A DNA stretch of 64,000 nt from Stylophora pistillata (GCF_002571385.2 NW_019218071.1:62001-126000); one strand, 5' to 3'. Counted from the first letter of the stretch, positions 1-12,486 are shown. Numbers and translations: made by a program. Notes: a model not told the origin generated them from the sequence alone.

Positions 1-1072
1 CTCATAGCTGGGTCATATATTGTCATCTGTTATTCAAAGTTTTGCTACCTTTAAGTTTTGTGATGCCAAAAATTTTGTTAGGTTGTGATGACCAATTATT
101 GTACATGACTGCTTTTTTACAATGAGATTTCCCTTTTTCATGATGATATATTGCAATGGAATTAAAGCTTCAACATAGTATCTTTGACCCTACTTCTTAT
201 ATCTGATATATAACCAAGATTTTTGCTGATTCTAAGAATTCCTTTCAGTACTTATATGTTGTTACGCATCGACCAAAACATGTCATAGTGAATTGTGATA
301 CATTATTTTTTAGCATAATTATTTTCCAGAAAAAATGGAAGGTTTCTTTTTATGATGCTGTATTTTTTAGATCTTTATAAGTGTTTTGTGCCTCAAAATT
401 TTTGTTACAACATTTAAATTAGACCCCAAAAGTGACTACCTTTGGGGATAGATTCTTGTTCAATTTACTGATAGGGATTTTTCATACATGAAATCAAACA
501 ATCCAAGAGTGTGAGTATCTGCATTTCATGCTGATGTAGCATGATAAGTGAATATTATTTTGTTTTGTATTCTTTGAAGAGGCAAGGACCCACTTTGCTA
601 GACTTGATACAACCCTTAGGTTTACTCGGTAAATTATTTACTACGTTTTTTGATGAAGTTGAAGGAGAAGTAAATTCCTAGGAAGAAAATCTAAGAAGTG
701 TGAAAGGAAATAATAACTCAAAATTTGACATAAAATTCCTCATATCATTTCTTCATAAGTTATAATGGTCTTTTTTCAGTATTGCAGAAGCTTAACATGT
801 ACATGTTTGTGTTTTATGCTATGAGCATGTAAATGAATTTTGAAGTGGAAATTTTGTTTCAACAAAGAACCAAACTCGTAGGTGTCTACTATTACATATA
901 TCTGATCCAGTTATCTTATAGACTTGCATACAAGCAGTTGCTTGTAGTACAATTGTTGTAGAAGGTAGCCACTTGTTTGTGTTGATGAACATGTTTCCAA
1001 ATTTGGGGGGGGGATGAAATATTTTGCTGTAGTTTCATTAAGTTTATTGTAACCCAAGTCATTACGAAAGTG

Positions 1073-2260
1073 TACGGTGGCCCACAAGTGCACGCCGAAT
1101 TCTAAATCTCCACACCGAATTCTAAATCTCCGCACCGAATTTTAAATCTCCACACTGAATTCTAAATCTCCACACCAAACTCTAAATCTCTACACCTAAT
1201 TCTAAATCTCAACGCCAAATTCAAATTGCTCACACCGAATTCCAAAGATCTGGGAGACTGGACCGAGTATTGTTTCATCGAATTGGCATTGCTTTGGCCC
1301 AGGGCGTTTAGTAGCCCATCTGCCGTTAGAATGTCTTTCAACATTTTCTGTAGGTGGTCAGGCAAGACCACGGTTTCGATCCTAATCTTGTGGATCTTGT
1401 CAGTTGCCGATTAACTAAATAGACTGGTAGAGATTCATTCTCGGTATCAGTCACACATGAGGTGTTTCACAACCATTTCATACTCACTAGAAGGATCGAA
1501 AATGCTTTGTTTCTATTGACTCTTACTTTTGGCCAATTGTGTGTACGCATCCATGATCCTTTCTGTAGGGGCATAAGTTGTGTTTTTCATATAGGCTAAG
1601 ATGCAATATTTTGAGCAGATACTGCAATGTTTTTGCAGGGAGAGAGTTTCCTGCACTTGGTTTAGTGTTGTTCTTCAATTATTACTCTGTTTTCGGGGCA
1701 ATATATTGCTTAGTTTTAAGTGAAATTGATGTTTTTGCAGTTTAATGTTCAATGTTATTCATTGATGTGGATTCCATGGTACTTTTGCAAAAAACACAAA
1801 ATAACTTCATACTCATACCCCTCATTAAAGTAATACTTTATCAGTAGCTTTTTGAGATCAAGCTCGATACTGCAGTTGGAACAAAATCGGTTAATAGATA
1901 TCGTTGTGCCACAGTCATCACATTTTAACGGTACTGTTCTAGTCGCCATTTTCTTTTCCCCATAATTCAATTCGATGAAACAATACTCGGTCCAGTCTCC
2001 CAGATCTTTGGAATTTGCTGTGAGCAATTTGAATTCGGCGTTGAGATTTAGATTTCGGTGTGAGCAATTTGAATTCAGCATTGAGATTTAGAATTCGGTG
2101 TGGAGATTTAGAATTCGGTGCGGAGATTTAGAATTCGGTGCGGAGATTTAGAATTCGGTGCGGAGATTTAGAATTCGGTGCGGAGATTTAGAATTCGGCG
2201 TGGAGATTTAGAGTTCGGTGTGGAGATTTAGAGTTCGGTGTGCACTTGTGGGCCACTGTA
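1073..2260. mobile_element. Non-autonomous foldback DNA transposon, IS3EU-like, with 20-bp tandem arrays in long TIRs
   Basis: Ends TACGGTGGCCCACAAGTGCAC...GTGCACTTGTGGGCCACTGTA. Perfect 6-bp TSD AAAGTG (1067-1072, 2261-2266). Inverted arrays of GAATTCTAAATCTCCRCACC. Internal ORF fragment 1949-1755. Confidence 0.85.
1755..1949 (-). pseudogene. Truncated N-terminus of a transposon protein (CxxC..CxxC zinc ribbon plus Clr5/HTH-like start)
   Basis: MATRTVPLKCDDCGTTISINRFCSNCSIELDLKKLLIKYYFNEGYEYEVILCFLQKYHGIHINE*, with the ATG in an aaaatggcg context just inside the right TIR; domain assignment is from memory. Confidence 0.55.
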
Positions 2261-2430
2261 AAAGTGGATGTCAAAAGTGCACTTTTCAAAGTATCTGTTT
2301 GCTTGTGAAAGTGAATAGGGAAAGTGAATAGGGAAGTTGAATAGGGATTTCAGGATTACATTAAGAAGATTTCACAGAAATATGCTGTGTGAAGGGCGTC
2401 ATAATTCAATTTCTGCTTGGTCTCTTTTAG

Positions 2431-5400
2431 ATCATGGCTCACCAGATCCATGGGGGCATACTGGTCAGCTTGGTCCAGGATCCTATTCTGGTTCAGCTGG
2501 CTCCTACAGCAACAGTTATGGCATGCATCCAAGAGATAGCATGGTGGGTTGCACAGTTTAGTTACATGTACAATCACATTTTTGTTGGGTTGATTTGGTT
2601 TTGATTTAATTTGTTTACAATGTAGGGTTTTGTTTGTTTATTTTTAGAGTGATGTTCGTGGTATTCCCGTTTCAGCATTAGCAAAGGGTCCAGCTATTCA
2701 CCAGCCTAGGGTGGGCACTGTTTATGGTGTTAGAATGCACATTCATCATCTCTGACCAGCATTGTGCTGATTACTTCCTCTTACCGGCTTGAACACAAGC
2801 TTAGCTGGCTGTAATCATTGCAAAATTGGGGTAGACACATAATATGCTGGTGCCACTTAAAGGGTTTCATTGCTGTCAAATAACATTAATTTTAACATGA
2901 CCCTTCTTCCTGTGATTTATTAGCATGTGGGTCTTGCTCTTTGGTTTGTTTTCCTTTTGGCATCTCTCACCTTAAGTCAAAGTGTTGTACATGTGAGAAG
3001 TGAGCATCAAGCTGTTTTGAACAAGGAAATCATTCAATGCTGTGGGCCTGTCTGACTCTTAACTGATCACGGGCTTTTAACACTTCAAAACCTACATTGA
3101 TTTAACATACATTTACTTTTCTATGCTGATTTTTGATTGTCAACTTTACACCTTTAGTGCAAATTTTTAATTTATCATGGAGTAGAGAAAATTTGATGAG
3201 TTTGTGGTGCAAGTGTGTGGTATCTTTCTGTAACATAGCTGTATTCATCAAGCATAATTTGTTAATTTAAAGCCTGCTATTTGCATTCCAAACCATGAAA
3301 CGTCCTATCTATGAAACATGTTATTTTCTATTAACTGCTTCTTCAAAACTTCTTTGTTCATTATAGACTTTTAATTGTGTATCTTACATTCTATATGAGT
3401 ATCCAAAGTCTGAAATATTTCCATTAAATTTTCAATTATTACATTTTTTTTAAGTATTTTTGCATTTGCTGAATGAATCTAATTTTTGAGCTAATTTTTT
3501 GCAACATCAGTAAATGTAGTCGTTACCTTAAAGGTAGAGTGCTTTATCTACAGAAGCACATTTGTGGATACTTAGGATTTGTATTGCTTCAGCTAAGCTT
3601 TTCCACTACATCTTCAAATTCCACAGGGTTACCATCACTTGGGCCATGGTGAGCCAATGGAGAGACTGTCGAGTTTACCACCAATGACATCATTTAGACA
3701 ATCAGGAATGCACCATGGTCAATCATCACCCTATCTTCATTCTTCAGTGTCACCACCTCTAAATGGAAGTGATCCAATGGGTATGGTCTCTGGTTTAAAA
3801 CCAATCCCAGGGCTCAACACTAACTTTTCAACTTACTGGCCAAGTGGCTCATGAAACCTTAGATGGTACGACAATGTCAGTTTGTTTACTAGCCAAACTG
3901 GTTAGTGGAAATCAAAAACTGCCAGCCAAAATCGAATTTCTACTAGTCTCTGGCTAGTGGGCCACTGTTAGTGTCGAGCCCTGTAATCCTTCAGTTGAAA
4001 ATGTACCATAATTCAAGCAAGAGAGCTCAAGTTTTTTAGGAACAGCTGATTTCTTTTTATAGTCCTAGTTGTCATTTCCTCGGAACTTGTACTTAAAAGT
4101 ATGCTGCAAAAAGAGAATGATCTTTTTTTCCAACTACTTAAAGATGATCATTCAATTAATTTTCCCAACTAACAGAGCCATGTTTTTCCTGCTTTCAAAG
4201 GGAGGGTCCCTGCTATTGAAGGAATTTTGGGAAGGGGGCAGTGGAGGTATAATATTGTAGATTGGCTTGTGGTTGCTTTAGTAATTAAAAAATTTCCTGA
4301 CAAAAAATCTGTACAGGAGGGCCTCTGTGAAGTGAATATTTAAGTTTAAAGAAAGGCAAAAAAACTTTTTTGCTAGTGGTGCACTTCTTCGTGTGGATTC
4401 AGGGCACCATATTGTTTTCCTTTTTTCCGTTCTTGTGATATATCAAATTGTTACTTTTTTATTGCAGCCAGTCACAGCTCTAGGGCACCCACATCTGGTT
4501 CACAAACTGGAGACACACTAGGGAAGGCCCTAGCATCTGTAAGTGGACAATCCTGTTTGAGGATGTAATTTAAACAGCCTTACAATTTACTTAGGAAAGC
4601 TGAAAGAATAATTTGCTGCTTGCTAAGTTGTGATTGTCAAAAGATAGTAGAGAGTTTTAGATTCACGTTTGGTGTGTTAACCGCGAACCTTAAACCGCAG
4701 TTAGCGGTTTGAAGGTAGGAGTAATTAATCAACCGACCTCATCAACGGATCTTACATCTTCGGCCCTACGTTTTTGAAGCATGCGCTCCATTCGCTCCCT
4801 GCAACCTCCTCCCTTCCGTTTAACGAAGTTTCCATCATCACTGAAGGCTTCACTGAGTCTTTGAGCAACTTTTTTCCCACTCGGCCGGTTGTTCGGGTCT
4901 GTGGTAACTTGCTTGTCTCGCCAAATGTAAGTCTTGTTCCACAAGCGGCCAACGAAATGGAAGCATACTTGAGAAAAATCAAGAAAAACAGCGATATGTT
5001 TTTCGTGCTAGGGTTCCATTCGATTTCGAATTAACAAAAACCGGCACAGAAATGTTCACTGGTCCCAAAATCGGAAGTACCATTACACGTCTTTTTTATC
5101 AAAACAAAAGTAGTGCTCCGCCATCTTGAATTACCGACAGGATGAAAGTCCTTCATTTAAACACAAAATGTGGCCTAAAGTTTGGTTTTCTACCGTCCCA
5201 AACGCATGGGCCAAAAAGAAAATACCTCAAATGACATATATTTACGGGACATACCAAAGAACGTTCGAATAAGAAAAAGAAAAGCGCCGAGAGAGTTGAC
5301 CTACCTGAAAATGCCTTTTCCGAAGTTGAAACGTGAACCGCTAACGGCAAACGTGACAGCTTGTGTCTGGTCACGTGACTTGTAGCGGTTTGGGGTTACA

Positions 5401-8400
5401 CGTTGTAAGAAACAAACGTGAATCTAAAACTCTCTAGTGTTTAGTGTGGTCTCTAAATCTGAAACTGTTTATAAATATGTCTTAAAAGATTGATTGTTCT
5501 CAAAGATTTACCCAACAGACAATGGTGGGTCATACTCATCAAACCCAACAACACCAGTAGCATCTCCTCCTCCTCCATTGGCCACTGTGAGCGACAGACC
5601 TTTATCAGGTAAGATGTTGTTACCTAGCCTTACCATTTCTGCAGTTTGTTTAAAGAAAATGGTATATGTAGATTGTGATTCAATCGCAAAAAAGCCACTT
5701 GAGGAAGATTGTGAATAGTCACCGGGGTCTGTCATGAACCTCTGAATTTGTTTTATTCTGTCTAACTGTATACCTGTTCCACAACAGTTGCTTTAGATTT
5801 TATTGGTAGGCAGTGTTCATCCTAATTTTAATTATGACAGGTAAGGGAAATTTTCAAGCTAGTAGAGCAATCTTTTTTCCTGTAGCAACTTTAGGTGATC
5901 ATTATAGAGGTTCTACAGTCAGTTAGTTTTAGTGGTTACTGCTTGTAAAGGAGAACACTTTGGCTTTAGAAGAAAAATAGATCTACCTTGATTTAACAAT
6001 GTTGAATTGATGTTATTATAGCTGGCTCTGGAGCTTCAGGACATTCTTCAAGCTGGGGAAGAGCTAATCAACCAACGTCGCCTCCATACGAGAGTCATCT
6101 GCATTCTCTTGTGAGTTGGAGTTTGTCATAGCACTGAGTGAATGATCAATCCTTAATGAACACCCTATTCTCCATACTTTTCTCTATGGATTTCCTGAAG
6201 TGCTGACTGGGTGAATGTGTTTAACAATTCAGATTTCCTTTAGTTTAGTAATCATTTCCTTTCTTCTTGTGAGGTCAAAGTGTTATTCAGGGGTGAAAAA
6301 TGAGGTGCTAGTCACTCATAGAGATCAGAGGATAAAATATCTTGTTCATTTAAGTTAAGTGATTAAACAATGGTTCATCAGGGTAGACAAATGCTAATGT
6401 AAAAAAATGAAGAAACAAAAAGGGCACGAGAATGATAAACATGACTTTTAAGAATTTGTGTTAAGTTTAATTCATTAGCATACATTACTTAACACCTTTC
6501 CCAAAATTAGTGTGTCTCATCAAGGAGATCGCTCTTTTTTCGTTCTTACTTAGACATGTTGATTTTACATTACAGCAAAGCAGAATGGAGGAGAGGCTTG
6601 ATGATGCTATCCATGTTCTGCGCACCCACGCTGAAGGTAGCCTCCCTCCTGGAATGTCACCAGTAGTAGCTGGAAGCTTGCTGAGTGCTGCAGCAGCAGT
6701 AGCAGCAAGTGCAAGTGGGGTTCAGGGTGTAAGTTATTCAGCCTCTGTGGGAAGTAGTGGTGCTTCAGCAGTAGCCATGGATCAGATGGTAAGCCAGAAG
6801 ATTCTGAACTACACTCCCATAGCTGCAGCTTTTTTTTGATTATGAGAGTGGGCCCCTGCAATTCTAGATCATCTCAAAGCAAAAGTCTGTATACATTTAA
6901 ATGTGCATGGGATGCCCTCCCCTCAAAGATGTTATAGTGAGGCAGGGGATACATGATAACACAGCCTAGAAAGTAAATTTGTCTAAGAAAGGTACTATTA
7001 TTAGTTGAACTAGTTACACTAGGCTAGCCTTAAAAGTAAAATTGAACAGCTAGAGAAATGTTGTCACATTATTTGAAAGTATTGTGTGCGTTGAAGTGAA
7101 AGTTCTTTAACTGTTGTTAGGTTAGAAAAATAAACTCGAAAATAGTGAATTATCTGTTTTACCTGTACTGGTAATTTACAAAGAAAAACGGTAAAAGTAC
7201 GAAAAGTTAGGATATCTCAGTCATTTCCTCAATAAGTAAGCTACAAGAAACTGTTGAAAACTAAACTGCACTTGATAATCTTTGTTGATGAAACTCTGTT
7301 ATTCTTTAGAGTGGTGGACATAGTGGAATGGAAGATGATCCAGGAATGGCGTCACCAAGTACCCTATCAAGTAGAGGAGCAGGTTCACAAATGTCCCCCA
7401 GTAACTCAGAGACCAGTGAATCAAGATGTATGTACATTTCGATGTATTCTATCAGTAATCGGGATTTCTTTCTTTGGCAGTGGTTTTTTGAAAAGAAACG
7501 ATTTGATTTGTTGACAAAAATGTCGAGGTGGTTGTAAGAAATTTGACTCGCCGTAGAGGAAGACATTTTTTTTCAATTCAACCTCCCAAAAAAATTCACG
7601 TGCATAAGGCGACTGAAAAGCACATTCCAGAAATGTTACTTCAGGCTCTCACTTTACAAAGACAACGTACCATCCTTTTTTTTTAGTTCAACACAACCTT
7701 GGTTATGTTGATTAAGAGAAAAAAGCCTTCTAAGCTACTCTGATTTGACTGGTCATCATAACTATATTGATATATTCACACTGGACAGATGAAAATATTA
7801 TCATCTCCGTGCAGGTTGGATGTGTAAGGGAAAATTCTAGTTTGCTTATAATCATGGATTAAGTAGGTTGTCTTTCTGCTCTGTCAGATGGTTCTAAAAT
7901 GGACACAGGGGGTGACAGTGCAAAGAGCAACAAAGACTCGTCATCAAAGCAAGATATGAAAACTAATGGTGATTTGGCGGAGGATAGAGACAAGAGGGAT
8001 TTGATTGTGGATGATGATGATGATGATGACGATGATAAATTGACAGAAGATGGTGGTGTTGATGACAATGGCCGAGTCAGGGTTGTCAGGGAACAAGAGC
8101 GGAGATATGCAAATAATGCCAGGGAAAGGTATGATCTTGAAAAAGCGTACGCACAGGCAGGATGAAGCAGTGGTACATTAGAGTCTGATACCCGGGTATC
8201 TCTAACTACTTATTATCTAGATGGCTGAACCCATGTCTGTGAGACCAAAACTGAAACTACTAAATACCAGCATACTGTAAATTTGTGTGGTGATCTTGTA
8301 ATGGTTCTTTTAGCAACGGTTAGTTCAAGTTAAGAAAATTATTACTATTTTAGCATACCAAAAAAAAAAGGGGCAATTTGTAAGGCGGGTGTATGATAAC

Positions 8401-10630
8401 TCCAGTCTTTCAAGCGTCTTTAAATGTAGACCATTTCAGACTGAAATTTCGATATTATTCTTAATGGCTTTGGCTTGAAATTTTATGTACTGGATACTTA
8501 CACCATGCTTTTTTTATGGAATCATTAATTAGGCTGATTGTTATTGAAGTCTTCATTTTGAAGATAAGCCTTTTTACTCGGTACATCTGCAATGCCTAAC
8601 ACATTTGGTCCCCAGGAGGAGGTTGGAAGGCAACAGTTTTCCAGTGTTTTTCTTTTTATGGTCTTCTTTCTCAGAAAAGTTGAAAACTTTTACCGAGTGT
8701 GGCCTATGCCTGAGGCTTGATAAATTTTTTAGCACCAAAAATTACTGTGCGCACTTGTCTCACGCAACTGAAGACAAAGTTTTTCGCAAACCAAACAAAC
8801 ATTTTCCAAGTGCGTACGGGCTCTAAGTAACATTTTCACAATCACTGAATGATGCAAAAATAAAACGTTAAGCAGACCCTGCACTGTGTCAGACTATACG
8901 TAGAGAGAGAGTCCACTTCCATGAAGTACTTAAGTTGTTAAGCTCTCGAAATCTCCACTTCGTTTTCACCTGAGACTTTTTAATCCGGTGGCGACATTTT
9001 TTATAACCGCAAACTAGTGTCGATCGTAAAAGGCTCAAACCATTGCGACTCTCCAGAATCCCAGCAAGAGACAGGGAAAAAAAAAAAAAGATCCCAGATC
9101 GATTTGATATTCAACAGTCCAATTTTGTGCTCTGCACCTTGCCTTAACAGGTTGAGAGTTCGAGACATAAACGGAGCCTTCAAAGAATTGGGAAGAATGT
9201 GTATGATGCATTTACAGGGTGACAAATCCAACTCTAATACTAAACAGACTAAGGTGAGATTCTAAGCTTACTCCCCACAAAACTCTTTATTACAGGATGA
9301 GGGTTCGAGACATCAACGGTGCCTTCAAAGAATTGGGCAGAATGTGTCAATTGCATTTAGAGAGCGACAAACCCCAGACCAAGGTAACAAAAAAGACAAA
9401 TTTTGTCACTTCCAAAGGTTGACTCTTTCTGTCATCTCCCTTTGCAAGTTTCTGGTCAGTTTTTATTCAGTGACCATGTCACAGAGTAATTGAACGTTGC
9501 ATGTCACTCTCCAAGATGCCCTTGATCTCCAGGACTGATACTACCACTGTGTTAAGGAGGCTTCTTTGTTTGTTATATAGATCTCGTAAAGGCCTTGACT
9601 GATGGGAACGAATAACATATGCAGCGTGAATTTGCAAATGCTTTCACTAGCACCTCAGCTTGTAATCATACCCCCCCTGTTGTAAGTGTGTATCGTTATG
9701 ATCGTTAATTTTCTCACATATGGCTTTGTCCCACAGCTTGTAATCCTTCACCAAGCAGTATCAGTTATCACAAGTTTAGAATCGCAAGTACGAGGTAAGC
9801 TGCGAGTGATTTCTTGTTGTCTTCTTTGTTCTGGAACGGAGAAAGAGGATAGGTTTAGGGCTTGGTGAGGATGAGGTTTTCCTTTACCTATGAGTCAGAT
9901 AATTATGAAACCAAACTAAGCCCTTTTGATCAAAGCCCTTGAAGCAGCAATGAACTGTAATCTCCACCGGCTGGCAGTTTAACCATTTAAAACATTTTCG
10001 GCTTTTCTTAGAGCGAAATCTCAACCCCAAGGCAGCTTGTCTTAAAAGGCGCGAAGAGGAGAAAGGTGAAGAGGAAGCCCCGGAGAAAAGAGCTGTACCG
10101 GGAGTGGACAAACCCTTTGACACCTCAGGGGCAGCAGCAGGGCGTGGGAGAGGCAGACGAGGAAGAAGGTCGTCAAGAGGTGGGTGGGAGTTTAGTCAAG
10201 TCGCCAACTTGGCGGAAGTTCAGTTTCGTAGCAAACCGTTTTGTTCGTCGTCTATTGTGAATAGTTTGTGATGGAAATATCGCCTTGTCGGACGAAAGAG
10301 ATAGATTGACGGACTAACTAATCGACCGACCTATGAATTATTATCAGTTTTCTCTGTTACACAATTCCTTCCAAATCTTTCTTTCACGTTTGATGTTGTA
10401 AGTTGAAGGTTTAAAGGGATGTTCGAAATTTTCATGACCAGTTTTATTCAAATGCATTTTCCTACTCTTAGTTTAGGAGTAACATCTGATGTATCAGTTA
10501 GCAACAACTGATATCATATTTCATTGCTCTAAAAGGGGCCTATAACGGCGAAGGCCGAGGAATGCCATGTGGACCACTGAACGGCTATGAACCAAAGGAC
10601 CATGGAGATCCACCCTCCTTAAATGCGTGA
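2431..10630 (+). CDS. TCF12: Class I bHLH E-protein (TCF3/TCF4/TCF12, daughterless family); multi-exon, 5' exons lie upstream of the window
   Basis: Phase-consistent GT-AG exons: 2431-2543, 2648-2710 (tentative), 3627-3780 ([11 protein letters not shown]), 4468-4538 ([13 protein letters not shown]), 5506-5608 ([18 protein letters not shown]), 6022-6110 ([11 protein letters not shown]), 6576-6788 ([18 protein letters not shown]2-like), 7310-7427, 7888-8128 ([11 protein letters not shown]), 9151-9253 or 9296-9383, 9737-9794 ([19 protein letters not shown]), 10012-10179 ([18 protein letters not shown]), probable last exon 10536-10630. The motifs are diagnostic of E-proteins; the paralog symbol is nominal. 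Confidence 0.95.
3808..3983. mobile_element. MITE, hAT-like termini
   Basis: 17-bp TIR CAGGGCTCAACACTAAC / GTTAGTGTCGAGCCCTG (1 mismatch); no clean 8-bp TSD. Confidence 0.6.
4649..5436 (-). mobile_element. Non-autonomous PIF/Harbinger-like element retaining a Myb/SANT-like fragment
   Basis: TIR AGAGAGTTTTAGATTCACGTTTG / CAAACGTGAATCTAAAACTCTCT. 3-bp flank AGT on both sides (or TA if the ends are 1 nt inside). ORF 4944-4729 reads [35 protein letters not shown], like a trihelix/Myb-SANT fragment. Confidence 0.7.
9151..9253 (+). CDS. E-protein bHLH helix1-loop exon, copy A ([34 protein letters not shown])
   Basis: Flanked by ttaacag and gtgaga, 103 nt (3n+1), in frame with the flanking exons. 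Confidence 0.9.
9296..9383 (+). CDS. E-protein bHLH helix1-loop exon, copy B ([29 protein letters not shown])
   Basis: Flanked by ttacag and gtaaca, 88 nt (3n+1), same phases as copy A; absent from the ORF track. Confidence 0.92.
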
Positions 10631-12486
10631 CAAGAGTAAACAAGGAACAAAGTTTTTAATGGAACAAAGCTATCAGAGTTTTATGTAATTTACAGATTAA
10701 GTACTAAATACAGCAAAATAAGTTTAGAATAAGAGAGAGAAAAACGAAAATCTACAAAAAGCGACTTCGTCCATGCGAACCATTTACCACTGCTATCTTT
10801 CTTACGCGGCTCGAACTGAGTCTACTAGGTTGATAGTTTTTTGTTTTGTTTGTTTTTTGTTTGTTTGTTTGTTTTTCCGTTCTTTTTTCTCCTGTGCGTG
10901 GCTCCATGGCGTATATAACGCAAGAAAAAGAGCTTGTCAGCAAGTAGCTTATGTTATGTTAAGAGCTTAACTTGATAACCAGTCGAAGATTGCCATGCGA
11001 TGGTCAAAGTCTTCATCACAGTCAGATATTCTCCACACCTCAGAGTCAATTCTTGCTTTTTGTACCTAAATGCTGATTTGATAATTAGATATACATATGT
11101 CGTATTGCCATCCTCGAGTTCGATTCAGGAAGTCTTATAGAAGAATTCTGCTTTAAAGTTGTAAATAAAAAAGGAATCCCGTATCGTCCTACTTTCCATC
11201 TTAGTGTGATGTAAGCTACCCTCTTCTGATGAGGCCAGGGGTTAGCATCAAGGTTACATATCTTATGTGCGGCGTTCCAAGTTCAGAACAACCTCGTGAT
11301 GTTTTCCTCATTCCTTCTCCTACACTGAATGATTTCAACAGCATTTTCATCGCGCCATGAGGTCTGTGTTATTCTTGGTATTCCTCAGAAGAAATAGGCG
11401 TTTACTAATCTATCCATTTTACATTTCACTAGGCAACTAAACATTTTAGATGATATTTTTATGAATATTACTGGTTACTACTTAGAATAGAAATCGCCGC
11501 AAGTTATTAACGTCATCACCCAGACACTGCTTTTGCACTGCTTCGTTCATCATCGAGGACTCCTAAAGCAACGCTCTTTCTCCCAGACTTCTCTCTGCTC
11601 TTATTATATTAGCTATCAAGTGCTCAACTTTTAAAGAACGAGTGAATGCATCTCACTCCATTTATCGCGATGTATAATGAACACTCGGACAACCTTGGCT
11701 GTTTAATTTGCAATTTAGCGAGAGCTGTGTTTTGGTGATAATGGTAACCTAGTAGGTCTTTCAGATCTCATTGTAAAGGCATTTTTTCTGACAATCGTAT
11801 AGACACTGATGTACATAGAATTAAATACTGATCAGTCAAATAAAAGCTTAACTTACAGTAAGTTTTCTGCAGTGCTTAAATTTGGGTTTAAGAAACATAC
11901 GTAACCTCGTTCCCAGGGCCTTTCATCGGGAAACAAAAATCGACACTACATTCAAAAACGAAATGTTTTTTGAAAAATATCACCTCTTCGGAATTTACTA
12001 CTTAATAGCATGTGGATTTCTTCTCTTTCAATGAAAATTTATAGAATGATAACAAGACTATGGATTGGCCGCAATTGACCCATGGGAAAAAGAACGTCAC
12101 AAACTGAACGAAACAGAGTGGGTGAGGGTTGCAGCACTGGCATGAGATCGCAAGGACTCCGCTGGAAAACACGTCTGACAGATTTCCTCAAACGCCTTCC
12201 GCACCTTTATATCCAGAAGATGAAATTCATTCCTCATCTGCGGTGTGCGCACTCCGATTGCATTGCATTGTGGAAACGTTATTTTCAATATGGCGATAAA
12301 AGCGGCGGAAATCGGCAGATTTTTACTGAATATTCCGTAAAGTTAGCCCGTTTCTTTTTCCTTTCACTACGGGAAAACGTGATTTGATATATTCTTAAAA
12401 TGTAGAAGTATTTTTCGCGTATTCTATCGTTCTCAAGGACAAACGCAAGCACTGTTTTTTTAGCGTGTAAGTTGAGACCGGTTTTC

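Noticed and set aside
1097-2240. Regular 20-bp repeats as a CRISPR array
   Set aside because: Units are contiguous with no spacers, inverted between arms, inside a TSD-flanked element, in a eukaryote with no cas genes; the same applies to 18493-19553.
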